A stretch of DNA of 64,000 nucleotides from Candidatus Adlerbacteria bacterium (GTDB lineage: Bacteria > Patescibacteriota > Minisyncoccia > Phycocordibacterales > SBAW01), in the NCBI GenBank assembly GCA_963749085.1, contig CAVVLG010000002.1, forward strand, positions 293,033 through 357,032. Reading direction: 5' to 3'. The first letter of the stretch is position 1, and each line of letters begins with the position of its first letter. Of this stretch, positions 56,446 through 64,000 are shown piece after piece. Position numbers and translations under genes: made by a program. Under the pieces are notes generated by a model that had not been told where the DNA came from, did no database searches, and saw only the letters and a list, made by a program, of their open reading frames with translations.

Positions 56446-59400
56446 TTATTCCTCCTCGAATGTTGGGAGAATCGAGACTGTCACGCTGCTGGTGTAATTG
56501 CTTCCATTACCGTCAAAGCACGAGAGGGTGAAGATGGTCGGGGCAGTGATGTTGGAGACTGTCGTGCCGCTTGAGCTCAGCGCAGTTGAGATGACGGTTC
56601 CGGAGTTGTTCGTCACCGTGCAGGAGGTCATGTTTGAGGTCGTCCAGGAGAGCGAGGTGCTGTCTCCTTTGACTACGCTGGAGGGATTGGCACTGATACC
56701 TTGGGTAATGGAGCCTGGGGGTGCACTTGCGGAAGTGGTAAACGATTGTATGCCCCCGTAGCCAGTACCAATCCCGTTTGAGGCGACGGCGCAGTAGTAA
56801 TACGTGGTAGCCGCAGTGAGCCCCGAGACGCTTTGAGCGTAGCCGATCGGACTTGAGCCGGAACCAAGGGAATCGCCTGCGGCGGGAACGATAGTGCCAA
56901 AGCTGCTGTTGCAGGTGCCAGGCTTGGTTATGCTGTAGACAAAGAACGCCGTCGTAGCAGCGCCATTTGGATTCACCGTCCCATTGAGAGTGGCCGTGGT
57001 GGCGGTTAGGTTCGTGGCAGGATCGGTAGTGACGGTGGGGGCGGAGGCGGGTGCAACGTATGTAAATTGGTCTCCCGAACTAGTGCCGCTGCCGCTCATC
57101 CCCGCCGAAGTGGTGACGGTCACTTCCACAGTCCCCGCGCTGCCAGCGGGCGAGGTCGCCGTGATGGAGGTGGCGCTGTTGACCGTGTAGGATGCCGCCG
57201 CAGTGGAGCCAAAGTTGACCGCCGTTACATCGGTAAAGTTGGTGCCCATGATGGTAACGCTCGTTCCTCCGGCGGTGGGGCCGCTCGTTGGGCTGACCCC
57301 GGTGACGGTGGGGGCGGAGGCGGGTGCAACGTATGTAAATTGGTCTCCCGAACTAGTGCCGCTGCCGCTCATCCCCGCCGAAGTGGTGACGGTCACTTCC
57401 ACAGTCCCCGCGCTGCCAGCGGGCGAGGTCGCCGTGATGGAGGTGGCGCTGTTGACCGTGTAGGATGCCGCCGCAGTGGAGCCAAAGTTGACCGCCGTTA
57501 CATCGGTAAAGTTGGTGCCCATGATGGTAACGCTCGTTCCTCCGGCGGTGGGGCCGCTCGTTGGGCTGACCCCGGTGACGGTGGGGGCGGAGGCGGGTGC
57601 AACGTATGTAAATTGGTCTCCCGAACTAGTGCCGCTGCCGCTCATCCCCGCCGAAGTGGTGACGGTCACTTCCACAGTCCCCGCGCTGCCAGCGGGCGAG
57701 GTCGCCGTGATGGAGGTGGCGCTGTTGACCGTGTAGGATGCCGCCGCAGTGGAGCCAAAGTTGACCGCCGTTACATCGGTAAAGTTGGTGCCCATGATGG
57801 TAACGCTCGTTCCTCCGGCGGTGGGGCCGCTCGTTGGGCTGACCCCGGTGACGGTGGGGGCGGAGGCGGTGGCGGGCTCTATATTGGTGGTGCCCGAGCA
57901 GGTGGAAGAGCCAGAGCTATTCGTGACGGCCATGATGACCGTCGATGAGACGGCGGCACTGTTGGTGTTTGTAAATGTGCCAGTCGTAGCCGTGCCCGAG
58001 GAGGAGGGGATGAAGGTGCTTGAAGACGGACTTACGGTGACTCCCGAAGGATACATATAGGAGAGCGTGGCGCTGGTGGGACTGTCTGCGGTGAGGTAGG
58101 AGACACTCGCTGAGGAGCCGCTTGGAATAGATGAAGGGACGTACACAGCACAGGTAGGAGGAGTGGAGCCGGAAGAGGAAGACGGATATATGGTGACAAC
58201 CGTGGTGGAGGCTTCGCCTACGGTATACCACTGTGGTCCGATGCCACCGCCCTGTTGAGCGGCGGTAAAGGTCACGGTTTTATTTGCGATGCCGAAGTTT
58301 GTGTTATTAAGGACGGTGAGTGTCATGGTGCCGCTGTACGCCCCACTGGCGATGTCAATATCTCCACCGAATGGGTCGGTTTTAAAATCGCTACCTCTCA
58401 TGGCTGTGCCGGTTACGGTGGTAGGCACCGCAAGCGCTTGCGCGGCATCAGAAGTGAGTGTGGCAGTGATGGTCACTTGCCCTCCCGTGCCTTCCACAGC
58501 CTGCGCGGTTGGGGGGGAGAGAGTGAGGGTGGGGGGGTATATGATATCCACCGTCGCAGGCGTTCCTGATAGGTAGCCGGGCGCGGAGGGAGTCAAAATC
58601 ACGTTTTTGCCGTCTCCTGATGGAAATGTCTCAAGCGTGATAGAACCGGCAGTACCTCCGGTAGGAATGGTGACGCTTGTTGGGTTTAACAAATAATCTT
58701 GATTAGTGGCCGAGGCTGTGCCACCTGTTTGGGTGAGTGTGATAGTGGTAGCGGCAGTAGCGGCAGCAGAGAGCGTGGCAGTTATGGTCGACTCTTGAGG
58801 TCCTCCGATGACGTTTGTCGGCGAAGCCGAGAGATTGACCACGGGAGTAAAGGCTATGATGTCGACGAGGCCACTGGTGGAGGGACTGCCGGCTCCGTCG
58901 TTGTTGGGCAGCCAATAGTCCGCTGCCAGGGTGGTGGTGGCGGTTACCGTCGTGCACGAGGTGAGGCTCGGGCTGCAGTAGCCGGAGCCGCCGCCCCCGC
59001 CATACGAGTAGCCGAAGTTGATACCGCTATAGCCGCCGCCAACAATGCCGCCGCCGCCGCCGCCGCCGTTATAACCTGCTCCGCCGCCGCCGCCGGGAGC
59101 CTGCTCTGATCCACCGCCGCTACCCCCCGTGAGCCCCCCGGCGGGTGGTGCGCTCCCCGCAGAGAGTGCCCCACCGCCTCCGGAATACCCGCCGCTTCCT
59201 GCTCCAGGACCTGCGCTCGTACCACCGCTGCCGGAAGTGCCTGGAGCATCTGTGCCTCCCGAGCCGCCGCCAAAGCCACCGGCCTCATCGTAGTAAGGAT
59301 CGGCGTAACCGCAGGGGTTTTCGGATACATTGGTCCAACTGCCTTCGCCGCCGCCGCCGCCTGCAATGACGAGGGCATTTGCCTGAGAAGGGGTTACCGG

Positions 59401-59901
59401 ACCGCCGCCAACGCCGCCATTGGTGAAGATGCCCGAGTAGCCTCCTCCGGTGTTTGCGGCACTGTTTGCGGCATTGGCACTGTGACCCCCAGAGCCTCCG
59501 CCCGTATCAGATCCCACGACAATCGTCAGCACTTCTCCGGCAATGACCGGAATGGTAGAGCTTGCATAGCCGCCGGCGCCGGCAGAACCCCCAGCTGCGA
59601 GATATATAGTATTGTAACCTGGACAGGATCCATTTGGGTGCGTTGCGCCAGTGGTGCCTCCTCCCGCCCCCCACATCTGGACCGTGACATCGCCCGCGCC
59701 TGGGGCAGTATAGGTAGAGGAGCCTGGCGTGCTCGCAATATAGGCATCGGCGGCGTTTGCGGTTGACGGAAGCCCGGAGAGCGCGAAGGTGCCCACCCGG
59801 CTGTGGGTGAGGAACACCGCTGCGCCGAGGAGGAGGGCCACGCCGAGACACAGGACTACTGTGTTGAGCATTTCATCGCGAATGCCTTCAAAAAAATCCA
59901 T
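56446..59901 (-). CDS. giant secreted/surface protein (1151 aa) with Gly-rich tracts and IPT/TIG-like tandem domains
   Basis: N-terminal TM/signal. (GGGxGG)n tracts. Three identical 91-aa units PTVTGVSPTSGPTAGGTSVTIMGTNFTD...FTYVAPASA. The C terminus ...SILPTFEEE. Confidence 0.6.
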   Translation of the reverse strand: MDFFEGIRDEMLNTVVLCLGVALLLGAAVFLTHSRVGTFALSGLPSTANAADAYIASTPGSSTYTAPGAGDVTVQMWGAGGGTTGATHPNGSCPGYNTIYLAAGGSAGAGGYASSTIPVIAGEVLTIVVGSDTGGGSGGHSANAANSAANTGGGYSGIFTNGGVGGGPVTPSQANALVIAGGGGGEGSWTNVSENPCGYADPYYDEAGGFGGGSGGTDAPGTSGSGGTSAGPGAGSGGYSGGGGALSAGSAPPAGGLTGGSGGGSEQAPGGGGGAGYNGGGGGGGIVGGGYSGINFGYSYGGGGGSGYCSPSLTSCTTVTATTTLAADYWLPNNDGAGSPSTSGLVDIIAFTPVVNLSASPTNVIGGPQESTITATLSAAATAATTITLTQTGGTASATNQDYLLNPTSVTIPTGGTAGSITLETFPSGDGKNVILTPSAPGYLSGTPATVDIIYPPTLTLSPPTAQAVEGTGGQVTITATLTSDAAQALAVPTTVTGTAMRGSDFKTDPFGGDIDIASGAYSGTMTLTVLNNTNFGIANKTVTFTAAQQGGGIGPQWYTVGEASTTVVTIYPSSSSGSTPPTCAVYVPSSIPSGSSASVSYLTADSPTSATLSYMYPSGVTVSPSSSTFIPSSSGTATTGTFTNTNSAAVSSTVIMAVTNSSGSSTCSGTTNIEPATASAPTVTGVSPTSGPTAGGTSVTIMGTNFTDVTAVNFGSTAAASYTVNSATSITATSPAGSAGTVEVTVTTSAGMSGSGTSSGDQFTYVAPASAPTVTGVSPTSGPTAGGTSVTIMGTNFTDVTAVNFGSTAAASYTVNSATSITATSPAGSAGTVEVTVTTSAGMSGSGTSSGDQFTYVAPASAPTVTGVSPTSGPTAGGTSVTIMGTNFTDVTAVNFGSTAAASYTVNSATSITATSPAGSAGTVEVTVTTSAGMSGSGTSSGDQFTYVAPASAPTVTTDPATNLTATTATLNGTVNPNGAATTAFFVYSITKPGTCNSSFGTIVPAAGDSLGSGSSPIGYAQSVSGLTAATTYYYCAVASNGIGTGYGGIQSFTTSASAPPGSITQGISANPSSVVKGDSTSLSWTTSNMTSCTVTNNSGTVISTALSSSGTTVSNITAPTIFTLSCFDGNGSNYTSSVTVSILPTFEEE
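57031..57849 (-). repeat. three perfect tandem copies of a 273-bp unit (plus a partial fourth) inside the giant gene
   Basis: The copies start at 57031, 57304 and 57577. The ORF track yields identical antisense ORFs at a 273-nt period. Confidence 0.85.
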
Positions 59902-59980
59902 AATGACGTACCGTTAGTGTAGCACTGACTCTCCATCACCATGCGACCTGTCCACAGCTACCATTCTTAACGATGGCGCG

Positions 59981-60454
59981 ATGGCGTATACTGGTAGCAT
60001 GCAGACCAAGTGGCTCATCGTGACATTTCTTGTGCTAGCCGTGGTGATTGGCGCATGGGTGGCGTTGGTGTATCTTCCGCACACCTCGCAGGTGCCGCAG
60101 CCCGTGGTTCAGCGCATTCCCCCTGTCGATACCCATTACACTGCCCCACCAGCACTTATCGTGCACCACACGGTGGTCAATGGAGCCAATGTATATGCAG
60201 GCACGCTACCGATCCGCTCGTGCAACACCATTGCAACCGGGCTCTCAAGCTCGGGGAGTGCTCCGGTTGAGCTCACGATCAGTTTCAAGGTATTCGACGG
60301 CGACGGCACGTGTCTTACGGCGACGTCGGCCGAAAGCGACCAGCAGCCTTTCTCGGTATCCTTCTCCTCTAAAGTATCTACTCGATCACCGGTGGTCACT
60401 GCGCTGACCATCAACGGCTCGTCTGTTCCATTCAAGGTTGTGGAGGGAGAATAA
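59981..60454 (+). CDS. hypothetical membrane-anchored protein
   Basis: N-terminal TM (WLIVTFLVLAVVIGAWVALVYL). 157 aa. It lies between the two giant genes. Confidence 0.3.
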   Translation: MAYTGSMQTKWLIVTFLVLAVVIGAWVALVYLPHTSQVPQPVVQRIPPVDTHYTAPPALIVHHTVVNGANVYAGTLPIRSCNTIATGLSSSGSAPVELTISFKVFDGDGTCLTATSAESDQQPFSVSFSSKVSTRSPVVTALTINGSSVPFKVVEGE

Positions 60455-60651
60455 AAAAATTTAACGTTTTATCTACAACACCTGTCAACGCAGCTCACGG
60501 GTATGCGACACAGGTATACATAGTTAGGGAGGAACGGGCTTTCACTCAGAAGAGTATGCTAGAGAAAAGCGACGCCTTATGTGGCAATGGTCTACATCTA
60601 CGCACGCTCCTCATGGTTGTATCGAGATGAGAACGATATACCCGGTATGGC

Positions 60652-63600
60652 TCAAATTTCCTGGAAGGATGGAATAAGTTTGACTTCAAAACTCCAAGAG
60701 TAGCTATTGCTGTAGGAATCGGTGCACGAGAGGGTGAAGATGGTCGGGGCAGTGATGTTGGAGACTGTCGTGCCGCTTGAGCTCAGCGCAGTTGAGATGA
60801 CGGTTCCGGAGTTGTTCGTCACCGTGCAGGAGGTCATGTATTGAGTCGCCCATGAGAGCGACGTGGAAGCACCTTTGGGCACCCAGGGGGGAGTTGCGAG
60901 CAGGACCTGAGTGACGGAGCCTTGGGGCGCAGCCACCATGATTGTGCCTTGACAGGTGTTCGAGCCGGGTGTGAGCGTGGCTTGGTAGATATAGGTGCCT
61001 ATGGTATTGAGTGTACCCGTTGAATACCCTTCACCCGCTGGTGCATTGGCAGGGCTCGGCGCGGTCGTGCTGGTCCATGTGGTGCCGCCATTGGTGCTGT
61101 ACTGCATGGTTGCGCTCGTGACCGTGGAGACTGCAGTGGTGTATTGAAGGATAGTGCTGTTGCCGGGTTGGATTGGCGGTGGACTCGACAAGCTACAGGT
61201 GGGTGGTAGTGAAGCGGTGGTAAACGGCTCGATACCTCCATAGCCGACACCGGCGGAGTTGGTGGCGTAGGCCCTGTCGTAGTATGTCGTATTGGCAGTG
61301 AGGCCAGAGAGACTTGCAGTGAACGCTCCGGTGCCAAAGGAGCCCGTCTGGGTGGTAGTGGCGGTCCCGGAGCCGAGGGTCGAGTTGGTGCCCCAGGCGA
61401 AACCGGTTGAGGTTGCGTTGCTTCCACCTGTGGCGGAGATGGTGCCATTAAGCGTAGCCGCAGTAGTGGTGATGGCCGAGGCAGCGCTCGTGGTGACAGA
61501 GGGAGAAGTGATTGCGGCGCCTGTGGTGAACGACTGGACGCCCCCGTAGCCCTCACCGATGTTCCCGTAGCCGCCACCGCCACTCCCGCCACCAATGCCC
61601 CCGTAGCCCTCACCGATGCTGCTGATCGCATAGGCTCGGTAGTAGTACGTCGTATTGGCAGCAAGGCCCGTGATAGCCGCCGTAAAGCTAGAGCCGCTGC
61701 CGAAGTTGCCACTCTGGCTCGTGGTCGAGACGCCGGTGCTTAAGGTAGAACTCGTGCCCCAGGCGAAGCCCACCGCGTTATTTCCTACTCCGCTTGAGGC
61801 TGCGCCGCCAGCGCCGCCAGCGCTGATGGTGGCACCGCTCCCGCCTTTGGCGCCAGCCACCACGGCGCTACCCCACCCGCTTCCTGTATTGTCTGAGCAG
61901 TTGCTAGTCGAATTGCAAAAATAGGTATCGCCGCCTTTCCCGGAACTCGCGCCGGCACCGATGGCGTAGGTGACCGTAGCGCTCGGAGTAAGCGAAACGT
62001 TTGCCGCTTCCGCATACGCGCCTCCGCCTCCGCCCCAACCCTCCCCTGGTATTGGGGAATAACCACCGCCACCGCCACCGATGACCTGTATGGTGTTGGC
62101 GCTGCTATTCCAGTTGGAAGGCACTGTATAGCTCGTACCCGACGTGAGGATGGTAACCGTTGGCGTACCGCTGCTGTAATACGTGATGACAATAACACCT
62201 GGTCCTCCGGTAGCTGATCCTCCGGTGTAAAAGCTATTTCCAGATCCTCCTCCATAATTGCCGCCTGCGCCTCCGGTGCTTGCGCCATAGGTTCCACCGC
62301 CACCACCGCCTGAGCCGGCGGTGCTCCACTCGGTGCCGTTTCCTCCGGCATAGCCGCCACCACCACCCGCGCCGCCGTAGCCATTATCGCCGGCACCGCC
62401 CTGAGTGTAGGACGCACTGAAACCGCTGCCGTATGGACCTCCTGCGCCGCCACCGCCGCCGCCGCCTTCACTGTCACCGCTGCCGCCTGAGGCGGTTGAA
62501 CCGCCGGTCCCTATCGACGTGATACTGCCGCCCAGTGTCGCTGAGGCGCTCGTGAGGTTGGTGACGCTCCCGGTGGAGACTGTTGGCGCTGCAGGCGGAG
62601 GCTCTAGGATAGTGGTGCCTTGAGCGGTGCAGGAGCCCACGCTGGTTTGCAGTGTCATGGTGATGGTAACCGTACTGGCGGAACTATTAGAGTTGGAAAA
62701 GACGCTTGAGGCGATGCTGCCTCCTGAGTACGTGGGGGTAAAGCTTGTTGACGCAGGGTTCGCTGTAACACCGCTGGGGAGCGAATAGGTCAGCGTACCG
62801 CTTGTCGCGTTGCTAGTAGCTCCGTAGGTGAGGGTCGCCGTGGAGCCGTTCGCGATGGGCGAGGTGATGGAGGAGATGCTGCAGGTAGGGGTGGTGGGAG
62901 GAGGCGGTTGTATGGTGACGGTCGCGCCGGAGCCTGAGATGTATGTACCATTACCGGCGCCGCTGCCGGACGGAGTAAAAGTCACCGTCTTGTTAGCGGG
63001 GCCGAAGGTTGAGTCGTCGTTAAGAACGGTGATCGTCTTGGTTATAGTGGTGGACCCGGCGGGAAGCACGAAGGTGTATGCGGCGGGCGATTGTGAATAA
63101 TCTTCGTCTTGCTCGGCCGTGCCCGAGTTGCCTCTAGTAATTACGGTCGTTTGGGCCGTGTTGGTGAAGGAGAGCGTCGCCGTGAAGGTCGCTGTGGCGC
63201 TACTTCCCTCGGCAATAGTGGTCGGCGAGGCGGAGATGGTGGCGGTGGGGCTGCCTGAACCGCTTGGCGTGCCGGCCGAAAACGATTGGATGCTCCCATA
63301 GCCAGTGCCGCTGCCATTGGTTGCGTAGGCTCTGTAGTAATAGATATCACCAGTGGTGAGGCCAGAGAGACTTGCAGCGAACAACGCTCCGGCCGGGAGG
63401 GAGCTCTGCGTGGTGGTGGTTGCGGTGCCGGAGCCGAGGGTTGAGCTGGTGCCCCAGGCGAAGCCTTCGGCGGTTACGTTGCTCCCGTTTGTCGCCACGA
63501 GAGTGCCCTCAAGCGTGGCAGTGGTGTCCAAGGAGGCAGCGCTGTTGGTAGTAACGTAGGGAGCGCCAGCAGAGATCGTTACGGGGACGGTCGCATTGAG

Positions 63601-64000
63601 CGTGCCACCGCAATAGAGATAGTAATCTACCGTGGTGTCTCCCGCCGTTTCCGCGATGGTCGTCGAACCGATGAGACCGCTCGTGTTGGCGCTTATCGAC
63701 CCACTATATCCGCCTGCGGTTTGAGTGACAACCGCGTTCCAGGCGGCCGAATAATAGGTATGGCCGAGGGAATCTTCTAGCTGCGCCGAGGTATAGATGG
63801 GATTTTCAGAAGGATAGATCCATCCATTCCCGCACGCCAAGAATTGACTCGTGTACTGCACGGGCTGGCAGGCCCAGTCAAGCTCAACTTGGGTGCCCGA
63901 TGGCACGGTGAGCGGCGTAGCGACTCCGGCACTTTGCAACGAGCCGACGGCGGAGCCGCCGCAACCGGTCCCGCCGGAAGTAAACAGTGATTTCGCGAAC
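60652..64000 (-). CDS. second giant surface protein, paralogous to 56446-59901 (5' end beyond the window)
   Basis: Frame open to the window end. Repeated ...FAWGTSSTLGSGTATTT.. FN3/TIG-like modules and Gly-rich tracts. The C terminus ...LIPSFQEI. It shares an identical ~115-bp 3' segment with the first giant gene. Confidence 0.6.
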   Translation of the reverse strand, partial: FAKSLFTSGGTGCGGSAVGSLQSAGVATPLTVPSGTQVELDWACQPVQYTSQFLACGNGWIYPSENPIYTSAQLEDSLGHTYYSAAWNAVVTQTAGGYSGSISANTSGLIGSTTIAETAGDTTVDYYLYCGGTLNATVPVTISAGAPYVTTNSAASLDTTATLEGTLVATNGSNVTAEGFAWGTSSTLGSGTATTTTQSSLPAGALFAASLSGLTTGDIYYYRAYATNGSGTGYGSIQSFSAGTPSGSGSPTATISASPTTIAEGSSATATFTATLSFTNTAQTTVITRGNSGTAEQDEDYSQSPAAYTFVLPAGSTTITKTITVLNDDSTFGPANKTVTFTPSGSGAGNGTYISGSGATVTIQPPPPTTPTCSISSITSPIANGSTATLTYGATSNATSGTLTYSLPSGVTANPASTSFTPTYSGGSIASSVFSNSNSSASTVTITMTLQTSVGSCTAQGTTILEPPPAAPTVSTGSVTNLTSASATLGGSITSIGTGGSTASGGSGDSEGGGGGGGAGGPYGSGFSASYTQGGAGDNGYGGAGGGGGYAGGNGTEWSTAGSGGGGGGTYGASTGGAGGNYGGGSGNSFYTGGSATGGPGVIVITYYSSGTPTVTILTSGTSYTVPSNWNSSANTIQVIGGGGGGYSPIPGEGWGGGGGAYAEAANVSLTPSATVTYAIGAGASSGKGGDTYFCNSTSNCSDNTGSGWGSAVVAGAKGGSGATISAGGAGGAASSGVGNNAVGFAWGTSSTLSTGVSTTSQSGNFGSGSSFTAAITGLAANTTYYYRAYAISSIGEGYGGIGGGSGGGGYGNIGEGYGGVQSFTTGAAITSPSVTTSAASAITTTAATLNGTISATGGSNATSTGFAWGTNSTLGSGTATTTQTGSFGTGAFTASLSGLTANTTYYDRAYATNSAGVGYGGIEPFTTASLPPTCSLSSPPPIQPGNSTILQYTTAVSTVTSATMQYSTNGGTTWTSTTAPSPANAPAGEGYSTGTLNTIGTYIYQATLTPGSNTCQGTIMVAAPQGSVTQVLLATPPWVPKGASTSLSWATQYMTSCTVTNNSGTVISTALSSSGTTVSNITAPTIFTLSCTDSYSNSYSWSFEVKLIPSFQEI

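Noticed and set aside
56990-57870. Regularly spaced identical repeats as a possible CRISPR array
   Set aside because: The units are 273 bp, directly abutting, and inside a protein-coding frame. There are no short repeat-spacer units and no cas genes.
57067-57948. A 293-aa Arg/Gly-rich plus-strand ORF and three identical 86-aa ORFs
   Set aside because: They are antisense reading-frame artefacts of the 273-bp tandem repeats. They are useful only as evidence of the repeat period.

Overview
This 64-kb window comes from a bacterium with a streamlined, fairly high-GC genome.

**Lineage.** The gene content is short PheS, PheT, RF1 and EF-Ts, a ThrRS lacking its N-terminal domains, split transketolase, a sortase with giant repeat-rich surface proteins, and many small secreted proteins. 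This is reminiscent of a reduced Gram-positive-type or CPR/Patescibacteria-like lineage. That cannot be proven from sequence alone.

**Core genes.** Most of the window is housekeeping:
- hisS (5' partial) with an overlapping DEDD exonuclease, a DsbA-like oxidoreductase, and a PD-(D/E)XK nuclease
- dnaG-rpoD, and a single fused rpoB-rpoC ORF of 2286 aa
- an rpsP-KH-NUDIX-NDT-like-trmD operon with no rimM
- rnr, and a hinge-less SMC-like ATPase
- rnhB-rpmF-(NusB-NUDIX fusion)-rnc
- dnaE, a minimal thrS, gyrB, pheST
- a PgaC/NodC-like GT2 synthase and tRNA-Thr(TGT)
- tsf-rpsB, prfA-rpmE, rplY, fba, pfkB, gmk, cfa, and a split tkt-rpe-rpiB-gap cluster

**Accessory content.**
- An IS200/IS605 element.
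- An IS5 (IS427-like) element with an A-AAA-AAG -1 frameshift, inserted exactly at the gmk stop codon.
- DUF4258/DUF2283 and HicB/HicA toxin-antitoxin pairs. The HicBA pair sits at the rpe 3' end and is flanked by a ~70-bp degenerate duplicate of the rpe terminus.
- A sortase-centred locus of secreted, low-complexity proteins at 30.1-34.4 kb.
- Two paralogous giant surface proteins. One carries three perfect 273-bp tandem repeats. Both share an identical ~115-bp 3' segment.

A recurrent extended -10 motif (TGCTACA[AG]T) and clean bidirectional terminators are visible. The most interesting loci are listed under findings. No single large undescribed system could be demonstrated.
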